The translations under genes and the position numbers were made by a program. This document shows positions 40,526-50,355 of a DNA stretch of 57,964 nucleotides, piece by piece. The stretch comes from an uncultured Alphaproteobacteria bacterium. GTDB taxonomy: Bacteria > Pseudomonadota > Alphaproteobacteria > Rs-D84 > CASDRH01. The DNA is taken from NCBI GenBank assembly GCA_963541805.1, contig CAUTVF010000001.1, positions 1-57,964 on the forward strand, written 5' to 3'. A model generated the notes under the pieces. It saw only the letters and a program-made list of their open reading frames with translations, was not told the origin of the DNA and made no database searches. Within the stretch, counting starts at the first letter, position 1. Each line of letters begins with the position of its first letter.

Positions 40526-41077
40526 ATGCCAACAATTATCAAAATCATTGGAATAGATAATATTCATAAAAAAACAATGTTGGCATTATTTAAAAACCAT
40601 TTATTATCAAAACAATTTAAAATTTCTGAAGATAATTACGATGTAATTTTATCGATTGATAATAAACATTTAACACTTACATCAAAAGATAATGTAAATA
40701 GCATTAAATTGAATATACCTTTTTTTATCAATGATTTATTAAATATTATAAACAATTTAGTCGCTGAAGATAATCAAAAAAACATACTTAAGATACAAAA
40801 TATTAGTATAGATATAAAAAATTCTACTGTTACTAAAAATAAAAGAAATGTCACACTAACAGAAAAAGAAATTCGAATAATTACGTGTTTATTTGAAGCA
40901 AAAGGAACAGCATTAACTAGAGAAGAACTACTTAAAAATATCTGGGGATATTCTGAAAATATTGATACACATACACTTGAATCACATATATATAAATTAA
41001 GACAAAAAATAGAGGATGATGCAAAAAATCCACAAATTATTATAACAAACAATGGAGCATATAAATTAATTGTATAA
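40526..41077 (+). CDS. OmpR/PhoB-type winged-helix regulator with a short degenerate receiver-like N-terminus
   Basis: C-terminal LTEKEIRIITCLFEAKGTALTREELLKNIWGYSENIDTHTLESHIYKLRQKI...GAYKLI. The N-terminal ~85 aa lack the acidic DD pocket and the rest of a REC domain. Confidence 0.65.
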   Translation: MPTIIKIIGIDNIHKKTMLALFKNHLLSKQFKISEDNYDVILSIDNKHLTLTSKDNVNSIKLNIPFFINDLLNIINNLVAEDNQKNILKIQNISIDIKNSTVTKNKRNVTLTEKEIRIITCLFEAKGTALTREELLKNIWGYSENIDTHTLESHIYKLRQKIEDDAKNPQIIITNNGAYKLIV

Positions 41078-41079
41078 GC

Positions 41080-41832
41080 TTAACAAATTGCAATAATTTT
41101 ATTAATTATTAAATTTCTATTCACTAGAATATGTTCATCAAATTGATTTATAAAAATATTCTTTTTTATAAAATATGAGAGAACATAATTCGCACTTATA
41201 AGTTCGTCTTTTGTTATATCGGTATAAATTTTATTGATTAAAAAAAATTTAGGCATTTCAAATAATTTTTTTTCGTATCCAATTCCTCCAATTGCTGATA
41301 CTGCCCGAGCTGTTGTTGGAGAAATGTATTTTAATTTTGAAATATCAGTTTCTCCATTAACTGCACATTTACTTAAATCAAAACCAAATCCTAAATTGGC
41401 CAACAGTGATTTTTCAAATAAAAAATAATTTATTAAAATAACCTTATATGGTAAATTGTTATCACATAATAATTTAATCATTTTTATTGTATCTTGATAA
41501 ATTATATTTGAATTATCCCCATTAATCATGGTTATGTTTAACATATTGCATATAGAAACAAATAATTCTATACGAATAATATCATCCATAATTAAATGGT
41601 AATATCCTGTTAAAAAATTGGCTTTTATTCTTCCCAAATGTTCAGATAATCTGGCAAACCATTCGATATTAAAAATACTTCCAATTTGAAACAAAGATTT
41701 TAATTTTTGTGCTTGTCCAGCTTTTATCAAACCAGACATGATACCAAAATCATATGTTAAAAAATTTGCAATAATATCTACATCGCCTAGACGCTTTACA
41801 CTTAAAAGGATACCAATAGATTTTTTTTTCAT
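41080..41832 (-). CDS. recO: DNA repair protein RecO (divergent)
   Basis: N-terminal OB-fold pattern GILLSVKRLGDVDIIANFLTYDFGIMSGLIKAG and matching length. No zinc-finger cysteines are obvious. Confidence 0.5.
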   Translation of the reverse strand: MKKKSIGILLSVKRLGDVDIIANFLTYDFGIMSGLIKAGQAQKLKSLFQIGSIFNIEWFARLSEHLGRIKANFLTGYYHLIMDDIIRIELFVSICNMLNITMINGDNSNIIYQDTIKMIKLLCDNNLPYKVILINYFLFEKSLLANLGFGFDLSKCAVNGETDISKLKYISPTTARAVSAIGGIGYEKKLFEMPKFFLINKIYTDITKDELISANYVLSYFIKKNIFINQFDEHILVNRNLIINKIIAIC

Positions 41833-41892
41833 ATTTTGATACTAATAAAATTTACACAAAAATCAGTCAATATTCAACAATATGAATTTATA

Positions 41893-41920
41893 TTGACAAA
41901 TTAATCAACAATTTTATAAT
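41893..41920 (+). promoter_or_regulatory. Candidate rpmB promoter
   Basis: TTGACA (41893-41898), 16 nt, then TATAAT (41915-41920). Confidence 0.55.
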
Positions 41921-41958
41921 AGAAAATCTCTTTTAATAATTATATGTAAGGTTTTTTT

Positions 41959-42240
41959 ATGACAAGAAAATGTGATATAACCAACAAAGTGGCACAGGTT
42001 GGGAACAACGTTCCGAAGTCTCTACATAAAACTCGTCGTAGGTTTTTACCAAATGTTCAAAAAGTGTCATTTCTGTCTGATATTTTAAAGAAAGTATTTT
42101 CTTTTTCTGCGACAAAACATGGTATTAAGACAATCGAACACAATGGAGGATTAGATAAGTTTTTATTATCTACTGCAGATTCTAAGTTGTCATCAAAGAT
42201 GGTGAAGATTAAAAAGCAGTTAAAAAAATCAGCTAATTAA
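41959..42240 (+). CDS. rpmB: 50S ribosomal protein L28
   Basis: MTRKCDITNKVAQVGNNVPKSLHKTRRRFLPNVQK. Confidence 0.93.
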   Translation: MTRKCDITNKVAQVGNNVPKSLHKTRRRFLPNVQKVSFLSDILKKVFSFSATKHGIKTIEHNGGLDKFLLSTADSKLSSKMVKIKKQLKKSAN

Positions 42241-42296
42241 TATTGCCACATATTTTGTCAGGCATTTGTTGTAGTTTGATGAATGGATTTTATTTA

Positions 42297-42326
42297 TAAA
42301 AAAGGGTTGTTCGCAACAACCCTTTT
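42297..42326. terminator. Bidirectional terminator between rpmB and the small TM gene
   Basis: A-run, GGGTTGTT-cgc-AACAACCC, then TTTT. Confidence 0.7.
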
Positions 42327-42348
42327 ATAATTCTTGTTTGTAAGATGT

Positions 42349-42576
42349 TTAAAACAACCTCGGCAACCATTTGTTCAGTAGTGCTTGTCTCATATGATTT
42401 AATAATAAAATCACTGAAATTGATACAATCTCTGATATTATCCCACATACTGTAATTATTAAAGTAACGCAAATAGATAATATTTGAAAATATAATCCAC
42501 AAATTAACGTTGCAACAATTAACAAAGGAACGACAAATGCCATAAACTTACAAACTCTATACAATACTCCATCCAT
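42349..42576 (-). CDS. Small hydrophobic protein, 75 aa, two predicted TM helices
   Basis: MDGVLYRVCKFMAFVVPLLIVATLICGLYFQILSICVTLIITVCGIISEIVSISVILLL. The ATG at 42574-42576 lies 7 nt after AAGGAG. The track start at 42621 would place the promoter inside the CDS. Confidence 0.6.
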   Translation of the reverse strand: MDGVLYRVCKFMAFVVPLLIVATLICGLYFQILSICVTLIITVCGIISEIVSISVILLLNHMRQALLNKWLPRLF

Positions 42577-42610
42577 AAAAATACTCCTTATAAATAAATT
42601 TGTTCCAATA

Positions 42611-42638
42611 ATAATAAACAAAAAAATTATTTTGTCAA
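42611..42638 (-). promoter_or_regulatory. Cassette promoter Pm (small TM gene)
   Basis: Minus strand TTGACAAAATAATTTTTTTGTTTATTAT: -35 at 42633-42638, TATTAT -10, AAGGAG SD. The ATG is 62 nt from the -35. Confidence 0.55.
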
Positions 42639-42779
42639 TTTATTATTTTCAAATAGATAACAATTCAATATAAACATTGCGATAAAGACAATTGACTATT
42701 ATGTATTTTATAAGATAAAGCTATACAAACAGTTGAAAAACTAGATTTTTAGTAAAAATAACCATACTTATTTAAAACA

Positions 42780-43568
42780 CTATTTTAAAATATATGTAAT
42801 TGTTGTTACTACTCGAATTTCTTTTATTATGTAATTACGCTCATTTTCCCAATCATCAAATGCATTTTGCGGAGAAATTGAAAACACACCTTGATTTGCA
42901 TTTTTAATACTTTTAATCGAATCACCTGCATCTTTTGCAAATTTTTGCGCAGTCACTAAAGCATTTTTCGTTGCATCCTGTAACATTTCATTCTTTATAG
43001 AATTAAATCCTTTAAATAAATATGAGGGTCTGGAGTAAGATTCAGATAAAGTTATTCCTTTCCTTACCAAATTTCCAGTTAAACGATAAACTTTTTCAAT
43101 TAAATCTACATTATTTGATTTAACAACAACACCAGATGTTATTACATATCTTTCATTTCTACGTTCTTTAATTGCATTTGCTTCTTTTAATTGTGCATAA
43201 TCATAACCTGCAAACTTGTCGCGAACAGAAATATTAGAATTTTCAATTTCTTCATCTTTAAAACCAGACATAATTAAAAATTTTTTAATTATCTGTATAT
43301 CTTTATCAAGCGCCTTTTGTACATTTATAATATCCCCACCAACCTTTACAATATCTATATTCCATATTGCAAAATCTGCTTTGACTGTACGTTCTGATAA
43401 ACCTTTAACAGTTAAGGTTCTAACAAAAAAACTTTTTTCTAATGAAAGTCCCAATATTGTAAATGCCAATACAAAAGCAACACTTGCAATTGCCGTTGCA
43501 AGGACAACATTTTCCTTTAATTTCATTTTAAATGTTTCAGAACATTTTTTAATATTCATTTTTAACAT
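42780..43568 (-). CDS. SIMPL/DUF541-like periplasmic protein (BP26/YggE-like)
   Basis: N-terminal TM/signal anchor, then LTVKGLSERTVKADFAIWNIDIV... and a terminal beta-strand IRVVTTITYILK. The resemblance is pattern-level only. Confidence 0.45.
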   Translation of the reverse strand: MLKMNIKKCSETFKMKLKENVVLATAIASVAFVLAFTILGLSLEKSFFVRTLTVKGLSERTVKADFAIWNIDIVKVGGDIINVQKALDKDIQIIKKFLIMSGFKDEEIENSNISVRDKFAGYDYAQLKEANAIKERRNERYVITSGVVVKSNNVDLIEKVYRLTGNLVRKGITLSESYSRPSYLFKGFNSIKNEMLQDATKNALVTAQKFAKDAGDSIKSIKNANQGVFSISPQNAFDDWENERNYIIKEIRVVTTITYILK

Positions 43569-43585
43569 TATCTCTTTCCTTATAA

Positions 43586-44635
43586 TCAGTTTTTTGTTTT
43601 TGAAAAATCACTTAAATACAGTACCCCTATTGGCTTTAATTTCTTTACAACAAAACAATGAGATATGTTATTTCTGTTCATAAGATTACTTGCTTCAAAC
43701 ATAGAACAATTTAATTCAACTGCAAAAGCAGAACTTTTAATATCACGTACGAATAACTTATCAAAACTACCTGCTGCAATTTTATTAACTAAATCAATCA
43801 TATTCACACTTCCAACACACTGTCCTTTATTATCCACAACCGCAATTACAGTCTCATAAGAATATTTTCTGTCAGAAATCATATTAATCAAATCCTTTAA
43901 AGGATCGTTATCTTTAACAACAATAAAATTATGATTTGGATTATAAAAATCAGACACGGGGATAACCGAAGAACCTAACGCGCCACCCGGATGAAAATGT
44001 TTATATTTTTCAGGTGTCATATGGGTTCGCTCCTCCATAACGATTGCGATTGCATCACCAAGTGCCCCAATTTGTGATGTTGAAACAGTTGGCACTTTAC
44101 CCATTGGACATGCCTCTGCAATCTCAGGGGCAAGTAAAACAATATTAGACTGCTTTGCTAATTTTCCATTTACATTTCTTGTCATCGCAACAAGACTTAT
44201 TTTAAACTTGTTACAATAATCAATCATGTTAAACAACTCTTTACTTTCCCCAGAGTTGGAAAGTGCAAAAACAACATCATTTTTACAAATCATCCCCATA
44301 TCACCATGGCTTGTCTCTGCTGCATGAACATAAACTGATGGAACCCCAATACTTGTAAGCGTTGCTGCAATCCTATTTGCAACATAACTCATTTTACCCA
44401 TTCCGATAAAAATTAACTTTCCTTTTTTTGCAATAGATGAATCAATTAAATGAAGAACTTGTATAAAAGACTTACAAAATACCGAATCATCAAATGATTC
44501 TGCCAATTTTTGAAGACCTAAAGCCTCTTGTAATATTACTGTCTTCGCACTATCTAATCTGTATTTTGAATGATTTAAACCTAATTTACCTTTATTTTTA
44601 TCTGTTATTTTATTATTAATTGCGTCTTTTACCAT
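43586..44635 (-). CDS. kpsF: Arabinose-5-phosphate isomerase (KpsF/KdsD; SIS plus CBS domains)
   Basis: GKLIFIGMGKMSYVANRIAATLTSIGVPSVYVHAAETSHGDMGMI, ALSNSGESKEL and C-terminal CBS pair. The ATG at 44633-44635 is preferred over the upstream TTG at 44662. Confidence 0.85.
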   Translation of the reverse strand: MVKDAINNKITDKNKGKLGLNHSKYRLDSAKTVILQEALGLQKLAESFDDSVFCKSFIQVLHLIDSSIAKKGKLIFIGMGKMSYVANRIAATLTSIGVPSVYVHAAETSHGDMGMICKNDVVFALSNSGESKELFNMIDYCNKFKISLVAMTRNVNGKLAKQSNIVLLAPEIAEACPMGKVPTVSTSQIGALGDAIAIVMEERTHMTPEKYKHFHPGGALGSSVIPVSDFYNPNHNFIVVKDNDPLKDLINMISDRKYSYETVIAVVDNKGQCVGSVNMIDLVNKIAAGSFDKLFVRDIKSSAFAVELNCSMFEASNLMNRNNISHCFVVKKLKPIGVLYLSDFSKTKN

Positions 44636-44715
44636 TACTGCCCCATTATAATTATAATCCAAGGAAATTATAGATTTTATAAAATTCCTTTCAAGTTATT
44701 TTTTTATGTGATACC

Positions 44716-45336
44716 ATGACCCGCTTATCAATATTCGAAAGGGTTTATATGTTTAGTAGAAAAATTAAAAATAATATATCAAATATATGTGTATTTTGTG
44801 GAAGTAGATTTGGAACAAAAACATATCAAAATGACTATATAACTGCAGCAGAAGCTGTTGGAAAATTTTTAGCAAAAAATAATATTAATTTAGTATTTGG
44901 ATCTGGCAACACTGGATTAATGGGAGTTGTATCTGATACATGTTTAGATAATGGCGGAAAAGTATACGGCTTTACTACAAAAGAACTAATAAAAGTTGAA
45001 ACCCCACGAAAACATAAAAATCACAAAATTAAAATATTAAAAAATCTTCAAGAAAGAAAACTTGCAATGATAAATAAAGCAGATGCATTTATTATTTTAC
45101 CAGGAGGATTTGGAACATTTGACGAAATATTAGAAGTAATTGTGGCAAAACAGATAAAAGAAATTGATAAACCAATCTTTATCATAAACATAAAAGATTT
45201 TTACACAGATTTTTATAAATTTGTTTTTAAAGATGTAATTAAAAATGGTTTTGCAAATATAGATGCAATAAATTTAATAACAGCAATTGGTAATACCAAA
45301 TCTATATTAAACAAAGTTAGTGCATATAACAAATAA
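44716..45336 (+). CDS. LOG-family (TIGR00730) nucleotide phosphoribohydrolase
   Basis: ICVFCGSRFG, GSGNTGLMG and the PGGFGTFDEILE motif. An alternative start exists at 44749. Confidence 0.8.
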   Translation: MTRLSIFERVYMFSRKIKNNISNICVFCGSRFGTKTYQNDYITAAEAVGKFLAKNNINLVFGSGNTGLMGVVSDTCLDNGGKVYGFTTKELIKVETPRKHKNHKIKILKNLQERKLAMINKADAFIILPGGFGTFDEILEVIVAKQIKEIDKPIFIINIKDFYTDFYKFVFKDVIKNGFANIDAINLITAIGNTKSILNKVSAYNK

Positions 45337-45396
45337 TATTGAAATAACTTTTATTTAATTGTATACTTGCCAGAGTTTAATTCCAAAGGAGGGAAT

Positions 45397-46176
45397 ATGA
45401 AAAAGTATTTTGCGCTTGTAGCGATTGCTGCTACGGTTTCTGCGTGTCAGACAATGGAAACTTGGTTTGATTCAGGTATGGATGATTCTTCTGTAAAACA
45501 GTCGAATATGAAAAAAGTTGATCAACCATTAAATGAAACACAATCTGTTATTAATTACATAATTGATCAATCTCCAACTTCTCCGAATGCAAAGCCAGAA
45601 GCAGAAGCACTTCGTAAGAGAGCTTTACGTATTGTGTTTTTAAGTGATAATATTACAGCAGATGCTCCAAGGGCATTAAATGAGATAAATCGTGCAATTG
45701 ATTTGGATCAAACAAACTTCTCACTTTATGCAGCACGTGCAGTCATTTATCGTGATTTCTTAAAAGAATATCCAAGAGCATTGGATGATTATAACAAAGC
45801 AATTGCCTTTAATCCTGATGAGATCAGTTTGTATTTTAACCGCGCAATTGTACATAAAATATTGAACAATGTTGCATCTGCAATAACCGATTATAATACT
45901 GCAATTACGAAAGCAGATAATACTTATAAAGGTGTGTTTTTTAAAGCAAATGCCTATCAATCTTTGGGAATGCTTCGTAAAGAAGTTAAAGATTATGGTT
46001 TAGCAGAAGCAAATTTAGAGCTGGCAAAAGATATGTATTCTAGTTTGTATAAACAATCGTTAACAAATAATGAAATGCAAGTATTTCAAAGTTCTTACAT
46101 GGAACGCTTGGAACAAGTTGAACAGGCATTGAAAGCAGTTAAGGAGTTATCTAGTTTAGAAGCTCCTAGGATGTAA
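45397..46176 (+). CDS. TPR-repeat lipoprotein
   Basis: MKKYFALVAIAATVSAC lipobox. Repeats include AARAVIYRDFLKEYPRALDDYNKAIAFNPD and YFNRAIVHKILNNVASAITDYNTAI. The ATG lies 5 nt after AAGGAGGG. Confidence 0.7.
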   Translation: MKKYFALVAIAATVSACQTMETWFDSGMDDSSVKQSNMKKVDQPLNETQSVINYIIDQSPTSPNAKPEAEALRKRALRIVFLSDNITADAPRALNEINRAIDLDQTNFSLYAARAVIYRDFLKEYPRALDDYNKAIAFNPDEISLYFNRAIVHKILNNVASAITDYNTAITKADNTYKGVFFKANAYQSLGMLRKEVKDYGLAEANLELAKDMYSSLYKQSLTNNEMQVFQSSYMERLEQVEQALKAVKELSSLEAPRM

Positions 46177-46202
46177 TCATAAATACCAGTATAAATTAAA
46201 AA

Positions 46203-46230
46203 CTTGGGTAGATTTACCCAAGTTTTTTTA
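46203..46230. terminator. Hairpin terminator between the TPR gene and murA
   Basis: ACTTGGGTA-gatt-TACCCAAGT followed by T7. Confidence 0.7.
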
Positions 46231-46257
46231 TTAATCATATAGATAATTACATTTGAA

Positions 46258-47589
46258 TTATTCATCATAAAACTGTTCTTCTACATCAGCACCCAAATTT
46301 CTTAAAATTTCTACAAAATTTTCATATCCGCGATATATATGATATGCCCGCAATATTTCAGTCCTTGTATCTCCTGCAGCAACTAAGCCAGCAATCAATA
46401 AAGCAAAACCACTGCGTAAATCTGATGCCATAACACGGGCTGAAGAAAAACAATCAACTCCAGTAAAATATACCACATTCTGCAATTTATTATCCAATTC
46501 TGTAACGGCTCCCATCCTACGCAATTCAGGCACACATTGGAAACGATCTGATAAAACATTTTCTTGAACTCTAGATTTTCCATTTGCCAATGCTAACATA
46601 GTCATAAACTGCGGCAAAGCATCCGTTGGAAAGCCCGGATATGGAGATGTTGTAATATCTATTGCATTAATTAAAGTCGCTTCTCCATCGATATTTAATA
46701 CTCGCTTATCACCAGAAACATTCAACATAACCCCAGCATCTTTTAACTTATTCAATGCATATTCATATTTTGTAGTATCTGTATTTATAATACTTACCTG
46801 TCCATTACAAAGTGCACCAACAACCGCATAAGACAGTGCCTCAATACGATCAGGCATTACAGAAAACTCACAGCCATGTAATTTTTCAACACCATTAATC
46901 ACTAAAGTATTAATTCCATTATCATTCTTTTTAATAATATCAGCACCCATTAAATTTAGCATTTGAACCAAATCATCAATTTCAGGTTCAATTGACGCAT
47001 ATTTAATGATAGTTTGTCCTTTTGCCAACACAGCAGCCAAAAGAGTATTAACAGTCCCTCCATGGCTTGTTTTACCTTGTGCATTTAACAGTTCTATTAC
47101 TGCACCAATTAACTGACGTTTACCATTTATTAATTCCACATTTGCTACAATATCACCATTTATAATTTCAATATTAGCACCCAATTTTTTCATAGCATCA
47201 ATATGTAAATCAATTGGACGAGGTCCTAAAACACACCCTCCAGGAAATGAAACCTTTGCTTGACCACACCTACCCAAAAGGGCACCCAAAACATAAATCG
47301 ATGCACGCATAGTTTTGACAATATCATACGGAGCAATACAGGATTTTAAATCCTTTGTCATGATTGTTATTGTATGTTCATTTTTATCCCAACAAATATC
47401 AGCCCCGAATACTTGCATTAAATTTAATATTGTCGCAACATCCTTTAAATTTGGAACATTTTTTAATATAACTTTTTCATCTGTTAATAGTGTTGCCGGT
47501 ATTAATTCCAACACTGAATTTTTTGCTCCATGAATCGGAACAATTCCAGATAATTTTTTACCACCAGATATTGATATTTTTATTGTCAT
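46258..47589 (-). CDS. murA: UDP-N-acetylglucosamine 1-carboxyvinyltransferase
   Basis: ISGGKKLSGIVPIHGAKNSVLELIPATLL, PGGCVLGPRPIDLH (active-site Cys), YPGFPTD. Confidence 0.96.
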   Translation of the reverse strand: MTIKISISGGKKLSGIVPIHGAKNSVLELIPATLLTDEKVILKNVPNLKDVATILNLMQVFGADICWDKNEHTITIMTKDLKSCIAPYDIVKTMRASIYVLGALLGRCGQAKVSFPGGCVLGPRPIDLHIDAMKKLGANIEIINGDIVANVELINGKRQLIGAVIELLNAQGKTSHGGTVNTLLAAVLAKGQTIIKYASIEPEIDDLVQMLNLMGADIIKKNDNGINTLVINGVEKLHGCEFSVMPDRIEALSYAVVGALCNGQVSIINTDTTKYEYALNKLKDAGVMLNVSGDKRVLNIDGEATLINAIDITTSPYPGFPTDALPQFMTMLALANGKSRVQENVLSDRFQCVPELRRMGAVTELDNKLQNVVYFTGVDCFSSARVMASDLRSGFALLIAGLVAAGDTRTEILRAYHIYRGYENFVEILRNLGADVEEQFYDE

Positions 47590-47601
47590 TTATTTTATCC
47601 A

Positions 47602-50253
47602 TTAATAAATTCCATCTAAATCAACCGATATTTTTTTTCTATCTGGTTGTTTGATATTATTAAAATCTTTTATATCATCAGGAGACGACTGGATAGCAGT
47701 ATCACTTTTCAAAACTTCCAAAATTATATCTTTCGGATTGTCATTTGAAGATGCCAATTTACCTGTTTGTTTGTTAATTCTTAAAAATTTCAAACCATTT
47801 GGCACAGGAAAAGACTTATCACGATAACCACGTAAAGCTTTTGATGTAAACGCTTCAAACGTTGGGGCTGATAATGTAGCTCCATTATAATATTCCCCCA
47901 TATTCTGAGGAATATCGTAACCAAACCAAACTCCTACAACCAAACCCGTTGTACCACCAACAAACCAACCATCCTTATTATCATTCGTTGTTCCGGTTTT
48001 ACCGGCAATCGTTCTACCTGGGATTCGTGCCATCGTACCAGTTCCATTTTTTATGACTCCCTCCATAATAGAAATTAATTGATATATGCTCTGGGAACTT
48101 GCCAACTGTTTACGTAAATCATCAATTTTAGGAGGATTTAATAAAATATCACTACTTATGTCTTCATCATTTACCTGGCAATTTTGACATACCCTACTAT
48201 CGAAATTATATATCGTTTTACCATCTCTATCCTGTATTCTGTCAATAAATCTAGGGTTAATTTTTTTACCTCCATTAATAATGGATGCATATGCAGTTGT
48301 TAAATCAAGCAATGTCGTATCCCCAGATCCAAGAGCCATAGATAAATTTATATCTGAACTTTTAACATTATGATATACCCCAAACTTTTCAGCCATCCTA
48401 ATTGCCGTCCCAATTCCAATTGAATTTGCCAATCGTACTGCTGGCCCATTTCTGGATCTTTGCAAAGCATTCCTGAATGTCATGTTACCTAAAAACTTGT
48501 AATCAAAATTATCAGGTTTCCACAAATTTCCATCCTCTTTTGTCGCAACAAGGGGAGCATCCAGTAATACAGAGTTTGGTTCATAACCATTTTCCAATCC
48601 TGCTAAATAAATAAATGGTTTAATTGTGGATCCTGGTTGTCTTTTTGCTTGTGTCACACGATTAAATTTACTTTTGTAATATGAAAATCCACCAACCGCT
48701 GCCAAAACACGCCCTGTATGAGGATCAAGCGCGACTAAAGCTCCCTCAAGTTTCGGGGATTGTTTCAATTCATACTCGCCAGTAACAGAAGCATTAACAA
48801 CAAAAACAATATCTCCAACATTTAAAATTTTTTTCATTGAATTTGGAACAGGACCAACAGTCATTGTTTTTTTGTCGGTTGGACGCGCCCAAATAGAAGA
48901 ACGTAATTTAATTATTCCTGTTGTTTGATCTTTCAAACCAACCGTTGCGTTTAAATCATCAACTGACAAAACAATTGCTTTTCTCCATCCATGCTTTTCC
49001 ATACCAGAAATTAAATTATCATACATCAAAACAAAATACCAAGATGGTAAATTTTTAGAATTATTATTTAAATCTTGCTTCAATTTTAACAAACGATCTA
49101 TTTTACTTTTACCAACAATGTCTGAATTAACTTCACCATTTGTCACAAGATTACCTTTACTTAATTCCTCATCCACCCAAGACAAATTTTCAAAATCATA
49201 ATTTGCATCCGCCCCTTTCCATCCAGTCCTACGATCATAATTTAAAATTGTATTACGCAGTGCTGCTGTTGCATATTTTTGAAAATTAGAATCTGCAGTG
49301 GTACGCACAGAAAAGCCACTTCGATATAATTGCTCACTACCGTATTTTTCCTCTAATTCTCTTCTGACTTCTTCGGTAAAATATAAATTAGCATTTTCAT
49401 AAGAGTTAGATAACCTTGAACTTAGTTGTAAATCCTCACCTTTTGCAAGAATATATTGCTCTTGTGAAATATAACCCTGTTTTAACATTCTACGCAACAC
49501 CCAATTACGCCGATTAATTGCACGTTCTTTTTTTGTTATAGGATTATAATTATTGGGTGCTTTTGGTAAGGCCGCTAAAAAAGCACATTCAGATAAAGAT
49601 AATTCTTTTAAAGATTTATTAAAATATGCCTGTGCCGCCGCTGCAACACCAAATGACTTTGCCCCCAAATAAATTTGGTTAAAGTATAAAACCAATATAT
49701 GCCTTTTTGTAAAAGCCCTTTCAATTTTCAGTGCAAGTATTGCTTCTTTTATCTTACGACTTATAGATCGCTCAGGAGTTAAAAAGAAATTTTTTGCAAC
49801 CTGTTGGGTGATTGTCGAAGCACCTTGAAAAGATCCACCTGTAAAAAATGAAATAAAATTCATTATACTGGCACGCAGTATACCCATAAAATCTATTCCA
49901 GAGTGATTCCAAAATTTTCTATCCTCCGCAGATAAAAAAGCATTAATCAAATTGGCAGGTAACTGATCATATTCAACAAAAATACGATTTTCTTCTGCAT
50001 ATTCTACAAGTAAAGTTCCATCACCTGCATAAAACCGACTGATCACAGATGGACGATATTCTGATAATTTTTCATAATCTGGCAATTCTATACTAAAACG
50101 AGCAAACACGTATATCACCACCACCAATGATAACACAGACCCAAACAAAATAATGCTCCATATATCAAATTTAGATTTATGGTGATTTTCTTTAATAAAG
50201 TTTCGAATTTTTCTAATTGAATTGAAGTTAATTCTTTTTAATTGTTTTAACAT
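47602..50253 (-). CDS. mrcA: Bifunctional penicillin-binding protein 1A (glycosyltransferase/transpeptidase)
   Basis: EDRKFWNHSGID and RKIKEA GT51 motifs; STIKP, SRN and KTGTT transpeptidase motifs. Confidence 0.95.
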   Translation of the reverse strand: MLKQLKRINFNSIRKIRNFIKENHHKSKFDIWSIILFGSVLSLVVVIYVFARFSIELPDYEKLSEYRPSVISRFYAGDGTLLVEYAEENRIFVEYDQLPANLINAFLSAEDRKFWNHSGIDFMGILRASIMNFISFFTGGSFQGASTITQQVAKNFFLTPERSISRKIKEAILALKIERAFTKRHILVLYFNQIYLGAKSFGVAAAAQAYFNKSLKELSLSECAFLAALPKAPNNYNPITKKERAINRRNWVLRRMLKQGYISQEQYILAKGEDLQLSSRLSNSYENANLYFTEEVRRELEEKYGSEQLYRSGFSVRTTADSNFQKYATAALRNTILNYDRRTGWKGADANYDFENLSWVDEELSKGNLVTNGEVNSDIVGKSKIDRLLKLKQDLNNNSKNLPSWYFVLMYDNLISGMEKHGWRKAIVLSVDDLNATVGLKDQTTGIIKLRSSIWARPTDKKTMTVGPVPNSMKKILNVGDIVFVVNASVTGEYELKQSPKLEGALVALDPHTGRVLAAVGGFSYYKSKFNRVTQAKRQPGSTIKPFIYLAGLENGYEPNSVLLDAPLVATKEDGNLWKPDNFDYKFLGNMTFRNALQRSRNGPAVRLANSIGIGTAIRMAEKFGVYHNVKSSDINLSMALGSGDTTLLDLTTAYASIINGGKKINPRFIDRIQDRDGKTIYNFDSRVCQNCQVNDEDISSDILLNPPKIDDLRKQLASSQSIYQLISIMEGVIKNGTGTMARIPGRTIAGKTGTTNDNKDGWFVGGTTGLVVGVWFGYDIPQNMGEYYNGATLSAPTFEAFTSKALRGYRDKSFPVPNGLKFLRINKQTGKLASSNDNPKDIILEVLKSDTAIQSSPDDIKDFNNIKQPDRKKISVDLDGIY

Positions 50254-50355
50254 GATAATCGATAATTATATTTTTGTATGGCGATAGTATATTGTCCTTG
50301 TACCATTCGCAAGAAAAAATATTGCTATTAATTATTTTCAATAGATAATTAAAAT

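Noticed and set aside
35482-41077. An intact integrative conjugative element (virD4 plus traT block).
   Set aside because: The block contains no relaxase, integrase, T4SS channel genes or flanking repeats. At most it is a relic or a set of domesticated genes.
41821-41832. An A9 homopolymer right after the recO start codon (ATG AAA AAA AAA) as a phase-variation or slippage switch.
   Set aside because: Lys-rich N-termini encoded by poly-A runs are common throughout this AT-rich window (traT and the 56174 ORF are other examples). Nothing here suggests regulated slippage.
42577-42621. A 15-codon N-terminal extension of the small TM ORF.
   Set aside because: It would place the -10 hexamer and the AAGGAG SD inside the CDS. 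The ATG at 42576 has ideal SD spacing.
42690-42725. A plus-strand TTGACT ... TATAAG promoter-like sequence upstream of the SIMPL gene's 3' end, possibly driving an antisense RNA.
   Set aside because: There is no plus-strand gene or structured element downstream. Such hexamers arise by chance in sequence this AT-rich.
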